A stretch of DNA of 64,000 bases, taken from Candidatus Omnitrophota bacterium (GTDB taxonomy: Bacteria; Omnitrophota; Gorgyraeia; Aquiviventales; Aquiviventaceae). Position numbers and translations under genes: made by a program. Shown here in pieces: positions 30,639 through 40,291 of this stretch (position 1 is its first letter; the number at the start of each line of letters is the position of its first letter). Under the pieces are notes generated by a model. It had not been told where the DNA came from. It saw only the letters and a program-made list of their open reading frames with translations, and did not search any database. The DNA lies in assembly GCA_023247255.1 (NCBI GenBank), contig JAHFGV010000005.1, forward strand, positions 6,067 through 70,066. The letters are read 5' to 3'.

Positions 30639-31709
30639 ATGGGGTACTTCGAGCACCTACGCGCATTCTTGCATGAGCGCTACCGGCTGGGTGGCCTAGT
30701 GGATCTCGCCACGCATAAGACGGTCCCCATCCACCGCCACAGCGTCTGGTACTACTGGGGCGGCATGACGCTCGTGCTCATCGGCATCCAGATCATCAGC
30801 GGTGTGCTGCTGTTGCTGTACTACCGCCCATCAGCCCAGGAAGCCTTCGAGTCGGTTCGCTTCCTCATGACGCGGGTGCAATTCGGGTGGCTGGTGCGCT
30901 CCGTGCACGCGTGGGCGGCGAACCTGGCGATCTTCTGCGCGATGGTGCATCTGGCCAGCGTCTTTTTCCTGAAGGCGTATCGGCCACCCCGTGAACTGAC
31001 CTGGGTGACCGGGGTTGTGTTGTTGTTTCTGCTATTTGGTTTCGGATTTACCGGCTACCTCCTGCCGTGGAATACGCTGGCGTTTTTCGCCACCAAGGTC
31101 GGCACGGAAATCGCGGGGATTGTGCCCGTCGTCGGGCCTGTCGTTCAAATCTTTCTGCGCGGTGGAAGCGACGTTGGGGATGTGACGATCACGCGGTTCT
31201 TTTGGCTTCATGTCGCAATCCTGCCAATCGGCCTGATGACACTCTTAAGCCTTCATCTGCTCATGATCCAGCTCCAGGGCATGAGCAAACCGCCTTGGGT
31301 TAAGAGCAATCGGTCCATGCCGTTCTTTCCGAATTTTTTCCTGCGCGATCTGGTTGCCTGGTCACTCATACTGGGGATAGTGCTGTGTGTGAGCGTGCAC
31401 TGGCCCGCGACGCTCGGCGAAAAGGCCGATCCGTTCGCTCCGACACCCGTGGGCATCCAACCGGAATGGTATTTTCTCTGGATGTTTCAGACGCTCAAGA
31501 TTTTCCCTGGCCACCTGTTTGGTCTCGAGGGTGAGTTAGTCGCGGTGGGATTGACCGGACTGGCGGGTCTTGCGCTGCTACTCGTTCCATGGCTGGATCG
31601 CCCCGCCCGACGGGAGCAATCATCCTGGCTGGTATGGGCTGTTGGCGTGTTGGGCATTGCCTATGTCGTCGGGATGACCGGCTACGCGCTATGGGTGAAA
31701 CCTCACTGA
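30639..31709 (+). CDS. Cytochrome b (b6-type with fused subunit IV-like C-terminus) of a bc-type complex
   Basis: 356 aa. YYWGGMTLVLIGIQIISGVLL, His-containing TM helices. PEWY-like motif (QPEWYFLW). Confidence 0.85.
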   Translation: MGYFEHLRAFLHERYRLGGLVDLATHKTVPIHRHSVWYYWGGMTLVLIGIQIISGVLLLLYYRPSAQEAFESVRFLMTRVQFGWLVRSVHAWAANLAIFCAMVHLASVFFLKAYRPPRELTWVTGVVLLFLLFGFGFTGYLLPWNTLAFFATKVGTEIAGIVPVVGPVVQIFLRGGSDVGDVTITRFFWLHVAILPIGLMTLLSLHLLMIQLQGMSKPPWVKSNRSMPFFPNFFLRDLVAWSLILGIVLCVSVHWPATLGEKADPFAPTPVGIQPEWYFLWMFQTLKIFPGHLFGLEGELVAVGLTGLAGLALLLVPWLDRPARREQSSWLVWAVGVLGIAYVVGMTGYALWVKPH

Positions 31710-32995
31710 TGACAGGGTATCGTCTACGGGTGGCACTCGGACTTCTGCTGTGCCCTGGCTTTGTGTGGTCGGCTGAGAAGCCGAATAGTTGTGTCGAGTG
31801 CCACAAGCAGGTGGAGGGCCAAACGCGAGGGCCGGCCACACTGGCTGCAGAGGACGTGCATTTCCAGCGAGGCTTGTCCTGCGTGGATTGCCATGGCGGC
31901 GATCCAACAGCGATGGATCCTCAAGCCGCGATGGACCCGGCTAAAGGGTTCCTCGGTCGCCCGAGGCGGGAGCAGATTCCCCAGTTTTGCGCCCGGTGCC
32001 ACGCGGATCCGGCCACCATGCGCAAGTACAATCCCAATCTTCCGACTGACCAATACGCGAAGTACCTGACCAGTCAGCACGGGAAGCGCTTCAGTGTTGG
32101 CGATGCCGATGTGCCGGTCTGCATCAGTTGCCACGAGGCGCACGGCATCCGCTCGAAAAAAGACCCAGCCTCGCCGGTCTACCCGACGAACATCCCCGGA
32201 ACCTGCGCGAGCTGCCACAGCGACGCGTCGATCATGGACAAACACGGCTTGCCGGTGAACCAGCACTGGGACTACTCGCAGAGCGTCCACGGCCAGGCGC
32301 TGTTGTTCCGTGGCGATCGTGCGGCTCCCCATTGCGCGAGCTGCCACGGATCGCACGAAGCGGCCAAACCTAGGACGGTCGCAATCGGCAACGTCTGCGC
32401 TCAGTGCCATAGCCTCACGCGCGATCTGTTTGCAAAGAGTCCCCACAAGGCCGCGCATGAAGCCTTAGGGCTTCCGGAGTGCGAGGTCTGCCACGGCAAT
32501 CACCTGATCCGCAAGCCAAGCGACGAGATGCTTGGGACGGGACAAGATGCGGTGTGTGTCAGTTGTCACGAGCCAGGGTCGACCGGCTACGTCACCGCGC
32601 AGCAGATGCGCAGCGCCATCGAGCAACTGAAAACCCACATGGCCAGCGCTGAGGCAGCCGTCAGGCACGCAGCGGAGTTGGGCATGGATGTCGGTGACGC
32701 GGAATTTGAGCTTCGCGAGGCGATGACCCAACTCACGCAAGAGCGCACCTACGTCCACTCTTTCTCCGCCGCAACCATGGAACCCATTGCCGAGGAGGGA
32801 ACTCACCACGCCCTGCGGGCCGAGGGGCAAGCCCGCCAGGCGATCCGTGAGTTTCATTTCCGCCGTCAGGGCTTGTGGGTCACCCTGATCATTCTCGCCC
32901 TCGTGGTTTCTGGACTCCTTCTGAAGATTCGAGACTTGGAGCGATCGGACTCGACAGACAAGATGGACGACACATCCCCTCGCGACTCCTCGTAA
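31709..32995 (+). CDS. Multiheme cytochrome c (about 9 CxxCH) with a C-terminal TM anchor; third subunit of the bc complex
   Basis: ATG overlaps the cyt b stop (TGATG). CVECH, CVDCH, CARCH, CISCH, CASCH x2, CAQCH, CEVCH, CVSCH. C-terminal hydrophobic helix. Confidence 0.8.
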   Translation: MTGYRLRVALGLLLCPGFVWSAEKPNSCVECHKQVEGQTRGPATLAAEDVHFQRGLSCVDCHGGDPTAMDPQAAMDPAKGFLGRPRREQIPQFCARCHADPATMRKYNPNLPTDQYAKYLTSQHGKRFSVGDADVPVCISCHEAHGIRSKKDPASPVYPTNIPGTCASCHSDASIMDKHGLPVNQHWDYSQSVHGQALLFRGDRAAPHCASCHGSHEAAKPRTVAIGNVCAQCHSLTRDLFAKSPHKAAHEALGLPECEVCHGNHLIRKPSDEMLGTGQDAVCVSCHEPGSTGYVTAQQMRSAIEQLKTHMASAEAAVRHAAELGMDVGDAEFELREAMTQLTQERTYVHSFSAATMEPIAEEGTHHALRAEGQARQAIREFHFRRQGLWVTLIILALVVSGLLLKIRDLERSDSTDKMDDTSPRDSS

Positions 32996-33032
32996 AATCT
33001 GCCATTTCCGGCTATGATATCTGCGGAGCATC

Positions 33033-34550
33033 ATGAACCACACATCGATGCCAAAACCCCCCAGCCTCTTGCGCAACCCGCTGAGCTTTTTCGGCCTCGC
33101 CGTCGCCATCACGAGCACGGCGTTTGGCCTGCCCATGATGTTCGTCGACATGTTCAGTCGACGCACGCATCCGTATCTTGCTGTGCTCGTTTATCTCGTG
33201 CTGCCGTTCGTTGCAGCAGGCGGCGTCGGCTTAGTCCTGCTTGGAGCATTGTGGGAACGCCGTCGAAGACGCCGACGGCCTGGCATGGTAGTGCCACCCC
33301 TGCCATCCATCGATCTCAATCGAAGCGCCCACCAGATTGCTGTGGCTGGAGCACTCACAACGTTCATGACTATTGTGGCCATGCTCTCCGTGACCGGCTA
33401 CCGGGCGTACCACTTTACGGAGTCGGTCAAATTCTGCGGCCTGGTCTGTCACCAGGTGATGAAACCGGAGTATACGGCGTATCAGTATTCTCCGCATGCG
33501 CGCGTGGCCTGCACCCAGTGCCATGTCGGGCCTGGTGCAAGCTGGTTCGTGCGCTCAAAGATCACAGGAGCGTATCAGGTTTACGCGGTTACATTCAACA
33601 AGTACCCGCGCCCGATTCCCACACCCGTGAAGAGCCTGCGTCCGGCGCAAGAAACTTGCGAGCAATGCCACTGGCCGGCGAAGTTTTTTGGCGCGCAGCA
33701 GAAAACCTTCACGCACTACATGGCGGATGAGCACAACAGCCCGTGGCAGATTCAGATGCTGCTGAAAATCGGCGGCGGCGATCCGTCGGTTGGCGCTCCT
33801 GCGGGCATTCACTGGCACATGAACATCAAGAACGATATTTATTACATTGCCTCAGATGAGCAGCGGGAAACCATTCCGTGGGTGCGCGTGGTCGAGCCGC
33901 AGGGACGCATCGCCGAATATATGTCGATGGAAAGTCCGCTCTCGCCGGAGCAGATCGTAAAGAGCGAAGTGCGCCGCATGGACTGCGTGGATTGCCACAA
34001 CCGGCCCTCCCACATCTTTCGACCGCCGGATCGTGCGGTGGAGGAGGCCTTCGAGACCGGCCGGCTAGAGCGGTCCCTGCCGTATCTGAAGCGCGAAGCC
34101 ATAAGGTTGTTGGCGCAAGAGTACCCCTCGGAGGAGCAGGCGTTATCAGCCATCCTGAAAGGCTTGGCCGAGTTCTACCAGAAGGACTATCCAGAGGTGT
34201 ATCGCGAACAGGCAGTCGCTATTCAACAGGCCACAGCTGAGTTGCAACGCATCTATTCGAGGAATTTCTTTCCCGAGATGCGCGCCGATTGGCGCGCCCA
34301 TCCCAACCACATGGGCCATCTAAATGCCGAAGGCTGCTTCCGCTGCCACGATGGGCTGCACAAAAACCGCGAGGGCAAGGTGCTAACCAAAGACTGTACC
34401 GCCTGTCACACGATCTTGGCCCAGGGGCCACCTGAGGAGGTGGCGCAAGCCAAGCTTGAAGCGCAGCCGTTTCGCCACCCGGTCGACGTGGGGATGGACG
34501 TGACGGAATTTAAGTGCAGCCAGTGTCATACCGGCACGAGCGGTCTCTAG
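33033..34550 (+). CDS. Membrane-anchored heptaheme cytochrome c of the NapC/NirT/ImcH-like type
   Basis: 505 aa. 2-3 N-terminal TM helices. Seven CxxCH motifs. Size and architecture resemble the Geobacter inner-membrane cytochrome ImcH. Confidence 0.6.
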   Translation: MNHTSMPKPPSLLRNPLSFFGLAVAITSTAFGLPMMFVDMFSRRTHPYLAVLVYLVLPFVAAGGVGLVLLGALWERRRRRRRPGMVVPPLPSIDLNRSAHQIAVAGALTTFMTIVAMLSVTGYRAYHFTESVKFCGLVCHQVMKPEYTAYQYSPHARVACTQCHVGPGASWFVRSKITGAYQVYAVTFNKYPRPIPTPVKSLRPAQETCEQCHWPAKFFGAQQKTFTHYMADEHNSPWQIQMLLKIGGGDPSVGAPAGIHWHMNIKNDIYYIASDEQRETIPWVRVVEPQGRIAEYMSMESPLSPEQIVKSEVRRMDCVDCHNRPSHIFRPPDRAVEEAFETGRLERSLPYLKREAIRLLAQEYPSEEQALSAILKGLAEFYQKDYPEVYREQAVAIQQATAELQRIYSRNFFPEMRADWRAHPNHMGHLNAEGCFRCHDGLHKNREGKVLTKDCTACHTILAQGPPEEVAQAKLEAQPFRHPVDVGMDVTEFKCSQCHTGTSGL

Positions 34551-34627
34551 GCCTGCCCGCCTGTCGTCCAAAAGTGTGATCTGGGTCATAGTTCGTCTCC
34601 CTGCGTTCTGAGAAGATTACTTAGGCG

Positions 34628-36183
34628 ATGGGGGAGGCTCTGACGAGAAACGGCGGACGGATACGGCGCGTAGCGCTCTGCGCGCTCTTCACGTGCTGGA
34701 CCTGGGCGCCGCGGGCCATGGGAGAGGGCAGCGTCTCTCCAGCCGCGCAAGAGATCGACAACGCTGCCTGTCTGGCTTGCCATGGTGATCCCTCGGCAAT
34801 CCGCTTTGTGGACCACGCGAAGTTCGAGGCTTCCGTCCATGGGAGTTTTTCCTGCACTACCTGCCACGCGGATGTCGTCACCATTCCCCATGACGTGCCG
34901 CTGGAGTCGATCAGTCAGTCGCAGATCCCCCTCACGTGCGGCCAGTGCCATGAAGACATCAAGGCTGCCTACCAGCGGAGTATCCACGCTCAGGCGGTCG
35001 CCGCCGGCAAGCGCCATGCGCCCGTCTGCACCGACTGCCATGGTGAGCACTATGTGGCCCCGGTGAAAACGGAGGCGTCGAAAGTGTTTCCCTCGCACAT
35101 CCCGCAGACGTGCGCACAGTGCCACGCGGCGGAGCGCATCGTTACGAAGTATCGGTTGCCGGCGTACGTGGTCGATACGTACATGAGCAGCTTCCACGGC
35201 CTCATACACCAACTGGGATCCGTGACGGCCGCGAACTGCGCCTCCTGCCACGGGGCGCATGACATTCTCCCCGCGAACGACGAGCGTTCCTCGGTCAATC
35301 CGAAGAACCTGCCGAAAACCTGTGGCTCCTGCCATCCGGGCGTCGGCGCGTTCGTCGCACAGGGAAAGATTCACTCCGGCACACAGCCCGGAGCGGAACA
35401 TCCTGCGGTGACATTCGTTCGCCGGTTCTACCTCATCCTCATCGGTTTGGTCATTGGGGGCATGCTGATTCACAACGGTCTCGATTTCCGCAAAAAACTC
35501 TCGATCCATTACCAACGGATGGCCGCCAGCAGCGCGGTACAACGGATGAGTCTTAATGAGCGCCTTCAACATGGCGTGCTCTTGATCGCCTTTGCGACGC
35601 TCGCCTATACCGGATTTGCGTTAAAGTTCCCGCATGTCTGGTGGGCACGCCCCTTCATGGGCCGCGTCGACTGGCGCCGCCTGGGGCATCGGGGAGCGGC
35701 GGTCGTCTTCTGCCTGCTCGCCGGCTACCACCTCTGGTTCATGACGTGCACGAAACGGGGGCGGAGCGAGTTGCGCGCCTTGCGACCCGAACGAGCCGAC
35801 TTCACGCACCTGAGACGGATGCTCGGCTTCTATCTGGGTAGGAGCCGGGAGCAGCCGCGCGCGGCGCGGTACAGCTACGTGGAGAAAGCGGAGTATTGGG
35901 CGCGGTCTGGGGTTCAGTCATCATGGTGCTCACCGGCGGTCTGATGACCTGGCAGAATTGGACATTGCGCTTCCTGCCCAAGTGGGCGTTCGATGTTTTT
36001 ATCACGGTGCATTTTTATGAAGCACTCCTCGCATGCTTGGCGATCCTTATTTGGCACCTCTACTTCGTCATGTACGATCCCGATGAATACCCGATGAAGT
36101 GGACGTGGATCAGCGGCAAGGCCTCACCCACCGACGAGGCACATCGGCATCCAGGCGACGCCGAGGAAGGCAATCCAGGCTGA
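34628..36183 (+). CDS. Multiheme cytochrome c (7 CxxCH) fused to a diheme b-type membrane cytochrome domain (CbcL-like); apparent +/-1 frameshift near 35895-35945
   Basis: ORF 34628..35944 continues as ORF 35896..36183 in another frame. The C-terminal half has 4 TM helices with conserved His (formate dehydrogenase-gamma / Ni-Fe hydrogenase cyt b-like). Confidence 0.6.
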
Positions 36184-36269
36184 ATCCTCTAAGACTTAAC
36201 GCCGTGTTGGCGCAAAAACATACCTCGGAGGCGCAAACGTCCTCTGTATGATAAAATAGAAACCTTGCC

Positions 36270-38051
36270 ATGACACCCTTCGTCCGATTCCTTGGATCGC
36301 TGAGCATCGCGGTGCCGCTGCTGATCGTGATTGCCCTGGTGCTCGCATGGGGCACCATCTATGAAACCCGCTTTGGCACGGCGGCGGTTCAGCGCTTTGT
36401 CTACCACGCGTGGTGGTTTCAAGCGCTCCTCGGCTTTCTGGCGATCAACCTCGCCGTGGCTGCGCTCGAGCGCTATCCGTGGCAGCGTCGACACCTGCCG
36501 TTTGTCCTGGCCCACATCGGCATCATCCTCATCCTGATTGGGGGGATTATCGGAGCCCGATTCGGCATCGAGGGTCAGATGATCATTCCGGAAGCTCAGG
36601 CCGAGCGCGTCCTCGAGCAGCCAGGCAATGTCCTTGTAGTGCGCCAGCCAAACCCGGGTCTATCTATCATCATCCCCACGCAGTTTGAAACGCAGGCCTG
36701 GGTGCATGAGCCGAACGCGACCTTTCCCGTGACTCTCGATGGCCGGACGATTGCGCTCACCGTCGACCGCTACTATCCCGACGCGGTGACGGATGAAGAA
36801 ATCACAAGCGGTGGCGCTGAGGACAATCCGGCTCTCCACATGCTGCTTACGCACAACGAGCAGCAGGATGCGGTGTGGCTCATGAGCAGGGACTCTGAGC
36901 GTTTTGGTATGGGCTGGGGTGAGGCGCACGTGCTCTTCCTTGAACCAAGAACTGCTTCTGAAGTCGATCGGCTTACTGGGGCTGGGCGCTCACCTGGCGT
37001 CGCGTCTGCGCGAGGCGTGATCGTTATCCGCCTACCCGGGATGCATGCGCCACGCGAGATTCCGGTTCCCGATGAGCGCAACCGATCCGTCGACGTCACA
37101 GGCACGCCCTATCAGATCATCTTCAAGGATTACTTTCCCGATTTTGCGATTACCGAACAGGGGATCGTGAGCCGCTCGCTTGAGGCCAATAACCCTGCGG
37201 TTTCTTTCATCATCACCGGACCCGAGGGAACCGATGCGTATTTGCTGTTTGCGCTCCATCCCGATTTTCAAACGATCCATGGCTTCGAACATAAGATCGA
37301 CGCCCAGGTGAGTTATACCCACACCGCCAGCGCTGCGCTGCCTCCCAATTGTATCGGGCTCATCCGTGCACCATCAGGAACCTTAATCGGTATCTTGACC
37401 GGCAGCGGGACCGATCGATCCGTGATCAATCCGCTGGAACTTGGCAAACGGTACACCCACCCTTCGCTCGGCTATCAGTTTGAAGTCGCCACGTACTATC
37501 CCCGTGCGGTTCTCACGCAGCACGTCACCAACCGAGGAGATGAAATCAAAGCCGAAACGCTTCATCTCGTGGGACGTGAAGGTGATCAGAGCGCAGAGGC
37601 GTGGTTGGGTTTGCGCGGCTCGGCAGAATTCGCGTTGGGAAAGGAGCCGGTTACGATTGAGTACCGACCGGCCCGATGGGAGCTGCCGTTTACCATCAAG
37701 CTCTTGGACTTTCGCAAGATCGACTATCCAGGAACGCAGATGGCCTCGGCGTTTGAAAGCGACGTGGAGCTCACCGATTCTCAGCGGGGTGTCATCCTGA
37801 TGCGCAAGATTACGATGAACAACCCCCTGCGCTACCGCGGGTTTAGCGTGTACCAATCCAGCTACATCGAAGGCCCGACGGAAACCACAGTGCTCTCGGT
37901 GCGCAATGATCCAGGAACCCCATTTGTTTATGCGGGGTTCATCATTGTGATCGCCGGCGTCGTCAGTATGTTTGTGCTCGGCACCCCCTCCACGACCGCA
38001 ACCCCTCCGCCTTCGATCCGGCGAGTACGCAGAAGGAGCCGCTCTTCATGA
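36270..38051 (+). CDS. ccsB: Cytochrome c biogenesis protein CcsB/ResB (System II)
   Basis: 593 aa. N-terminal TMs, large periplasmic domain, C-terminal TM. Confidence 0.8.
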   Translation: MTPFVRFLGSLSIAVPLLIVIALVLAWGTIYETRFGTAAVQRFVYHAWWFQALLGFLAINLAVAALERYPWQRRHLPFVLAHIGIILILIGGIIGARFGIEGQMIIPEAQAERVLEQPGNVLVVRQPNPGLSIIIPTQFETQAWVHEPNATFPVTLDGRTIALTVDRYYPDAVTDEEITSGGAEDNPALHMLLTHNEQQDAVWLMSRDSERFGMGWGEAHVLFLEPRTASEVDRLTGAGRSPGVASARGVIVIRLPGMHAPREIPVPDERNRSVDVTGTPYQIIFKDYFPDFAITEQGIVSRSLEANNPAVSFIITGPEGTDAYLLFALHPDFQTIHGFEHKIDAQVSYTHTASAALPPNCIGLIRAPSGTLIGILTGSGTDRSVINPLELGKRYTHPSLGYQFEVATYYPRAVLTQHVTNRGDEIKAETLHLVGREGDQSAEAWLGLRGSAEFALGKEPVTIEYRPARWELPFTIKLLDFRKIDYPGTQMASAFESDVELTDSQRGVILMRKITMNNPLRYRGFSVYQSSYIEGPTETTVLSVRNDPGTPFVYAGFIIVIAGVVSMFVLGTPSTTATPPPSIRRVRRRSRSS

Positions 38052-39709
38052 AACGCGCCTTTATGACGATTATGACGATGGCGTTATTGTTCGGAGCCTT
38101 GGCGAGATTTATGAGCGTATTCGCAGATCAGCCCGTTGCCCTGCCGCGCGAGGCGCTCGAGACCATACGTCGCATGGCCATCCAACACAATGGACGCAAC
38201 AAACCCTTCGACAGCTTTGCGCGAGAAACCCTCCGACTCATCACCGGCTCAGCGCGCGTGGGAAATGAAGATCCTGTCGAAACCATCTTGACCCTCATGG
38301 CCAGTCCCGACCATGGGCAGCAGTTGCTGCTTGTGTCGGTTCCATTTATCCCTCTGCGAAAGGCTCTGGGCATGGATCCCAAGGCGACGCAGGTGTCCTA
38401 CAACGATTTGGTTGCGACACGCAAGCTCATGCGGCTGCTGCCCCCGATTGTCCAAAAGCAGCAGCGCGAAGAGAAACTTTCGATGCTGGAAGAAGAGACG
38501 ATGGATGTCTTCCAGCGATTTGCCACCCTGAGCACTCTGCTCGAGCAAAAGCTCAACCTCGTGCCTCCACCTGTTGGATCTGCAGAGCGTGTGTGGCAGC
38601 TTGTTGAGGAGCCGTCGGGCTATGCGCCAGCGCAGCAAGAGACCATTCGTACCGCATGGTCCGGGCTGATCGGTGCGGTGCAAGCTGGGCGGGGCGATGC
38701 GGTGATTACCTCAGCGCGTCATGCGGCAGATGCGCTGCGAGATCTGAGCCCTTCTCGCTATCCTCCTCGGTGGCGATTAGCGTTCGAGGTGTTCTACAAC
38801 CACGTCGCGCCATTTCGAATCGCCCAAGGGTTCTATCTGCTCTCAGCGATCCTGTTGTTTCTGAGCCTTGGCGCATTGAAGAAATTCCGGCCAGCGCTTT
38901 TGGGATTTGTCGCTTGCTGCTTCGCGTTTCTCGCGCATGGATCAGGTATCCTGATGCGCGTTGTTCTGGGTGAGCGTCCGCCGGTCTCGAATTTTTTTGA
39001 GACCACGCTGTGGCTGCCGTTCGTCGCAGTCGCCATTGCGCTCATCCTGGAACGTGTGTACCGGACTCGTTACATCGCCCTGGCTGCGGCGATCCTTGCG
39101 ACAATCACCCTGGTTCTCGCGGATCATCTGCCGCTGGACTCGAGCATCTCTCCGGTGGTCGCCGTGCTCCACAGCAATCTCTGGTTGACGATTCACGTGT
39201 TGACCATCGTGGCGAGCTACGGCGCGCTGACCCTGGCGATTGTGCTGGCGCACATGTATGGGGGGATGTACCTGAGTCGCCGCACGAGCGGCTCAACGTT
39301 AGATGCGTTGGGGACATTTCTCTATCGCGTCATCCAAGTCGGCGTCGTGTTATTGGCGGCGGGGATCATGCTGGGCGCCGTGTGGGCCAACGCCTCTTGG
39401 GGCCGTTACTGGGGCTGGGATCCGAAAGAGACCTGGGCGTTGATTACCCTCATCTGGTTCCTGGCGCTGCTGCACGGACGCTTCGCCGGATGGATCAGCG
39501 GTGTTGGCGTAGCCCTGTGCACCGTCGGCGGATTTTTTCTGCTGCTGATGACCTACTACGGTGTCAGCTTCTATCTCGTCGGTCTGCACAGCTATGCCGG
39601 TGCTCATGCCAAGCCCTTGCCCCCAGTTCTCATCGCCTACCTCATCGCTGAACTGGCGTTCATCATCGTGGTGAGCGTCTCAGCCATACTCCGCAGGCGG
39701 CCAGCGTAG
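38048..39709 (+). CDS. ccsA: Cytochrome c biogenesis protein CcsA/ResC (System II) with an N-terminal extension
   Basis: WGRYWGWDPKETW heme-handling WWD motif. Confidence 0.85.
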   Translation: MKRAFMTIMTMALLFGALARFMSVFADQPVALPREALETIRRMAIQHNGRNKPFDSFARETLRLITGSARVGNEDPVETILTLMASPDHGQQLLLVSVPFIPLRKALGMDPKATQVSYNDLVATRKLMRLLPPIVQKQQREEKLSMLEEETMDVFQRFATLSTLLEQKLNLVPPPVGSAERVWQLVEEPSGYAPAQQETIRTAWSGLIGAVQAGRGDAVITSARHAADALRDLSPSRYPPRWRLAFEVFYNHVAPFRIAQGFYLLSAILLFLSLGALKKFRPALLGFVACCFAFLAHGSGILMRVVLGERPPVSNFFETTLWLPFVAVAIALILERVYRTRYIALAAAILATITLVLADHLPLDSSISPVVAVLHSNLWLTIHVLTIVASYGALTLAIVLAHMYGGMYLSRRTSGSTLDALGTFLYRVIQVGVVLLAAGIMLGAVWANASWGRYWGWDPKETWALITLIWFLALLHGRFAGWISGVGVALCTVGGFFLLLMTYYGVSFYLVGLHSYAGAHAKPLPPVLIAYLIAELAFIIVVSVSAILRRRPA

Positions 39710-39820
39710 CGTTCTCGCCTTCTTCCCTAAGGGATCATGCGCCCAAGGAATTCTCATCTCCTCTTTATCCTTGACCTCCTCTACGGCACATCTTAGTTGT
39801 CCAGCCGACAAAAGGTCTCC

Positions 39821-39834
39821 ATGACGTTCGTCAT
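39821..39834. promoter_or_regulatory. Palindromic candidate operator ATGAC-GTTC-GTCAT (extended CCATGAC..GTCATGGAAGA)
   Basis: Same family as 25044 and 43309. Confidence 0.35.
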
Positions 39835-39927
39835 GGAAGACTCTTATCCGGAGCCGCTATCCTCTTTTTCATGACACATCCGTGAATCACGGCTACAAAT
39901 GGCCGACTTGCTGACGATAAGGTCGTT

Positions 39928-39962
39928 TCTCACAAAGTTCACACCCTGTGAACATTGTGAGA
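39928..39962. promoter_or_regulatory. 16-3-16 inverted repeat TCTCACAAAGTTCACA-ccc-TGTGAACATTGTGAGA upstream of feoB
   Basis: Near-perfect palindrome, one mismatch. Confidence 0.3.
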
Positions 39963-40157
39963 GGTACGTTACCGTCGACGAAGCGTGAAATTCCCGCCAG
40001 GTTTGCAACGGAGCTGTCCGGGAAGCGAGGCCGCTCCGACGAGACAGCGGTTGCCTTCGAACTCAATGTTCCCGGTTCCGTACGGTTTTGCAACACTTCT
40101 CGCTCCGCCATCGACGAGGAGCAGCGTAACTCAGACGCGATTCAGGACATAACACAG

Positions 40158-40213
40158 GACTCATGAAACAGACGTGAGCACTGCCACTAACCTCGATGCA
40201 TTTTGTAAAACCC
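40158..40213 (+). repeat. 55-bp dispersed repeat, copy 2 (see 2645-2699), immediately upstream of feoB
   Basis: Near-identical to copy 1. Confidence 0.6.
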
Positions 40214-40291
40214 CAGTTACGACTGACGCCTTCCAAGTCTTCTTGCACCTGCTGTAGTGAATCCATCTGCTGCAGCGAATCTCGCGAAAGG

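Noticed and set aside
34586-35572. 328-aa minus-strand ORF
   Set aside because: Antisense to the CbcL-like multiheme cytochrome gene, with no recognisable motifs.
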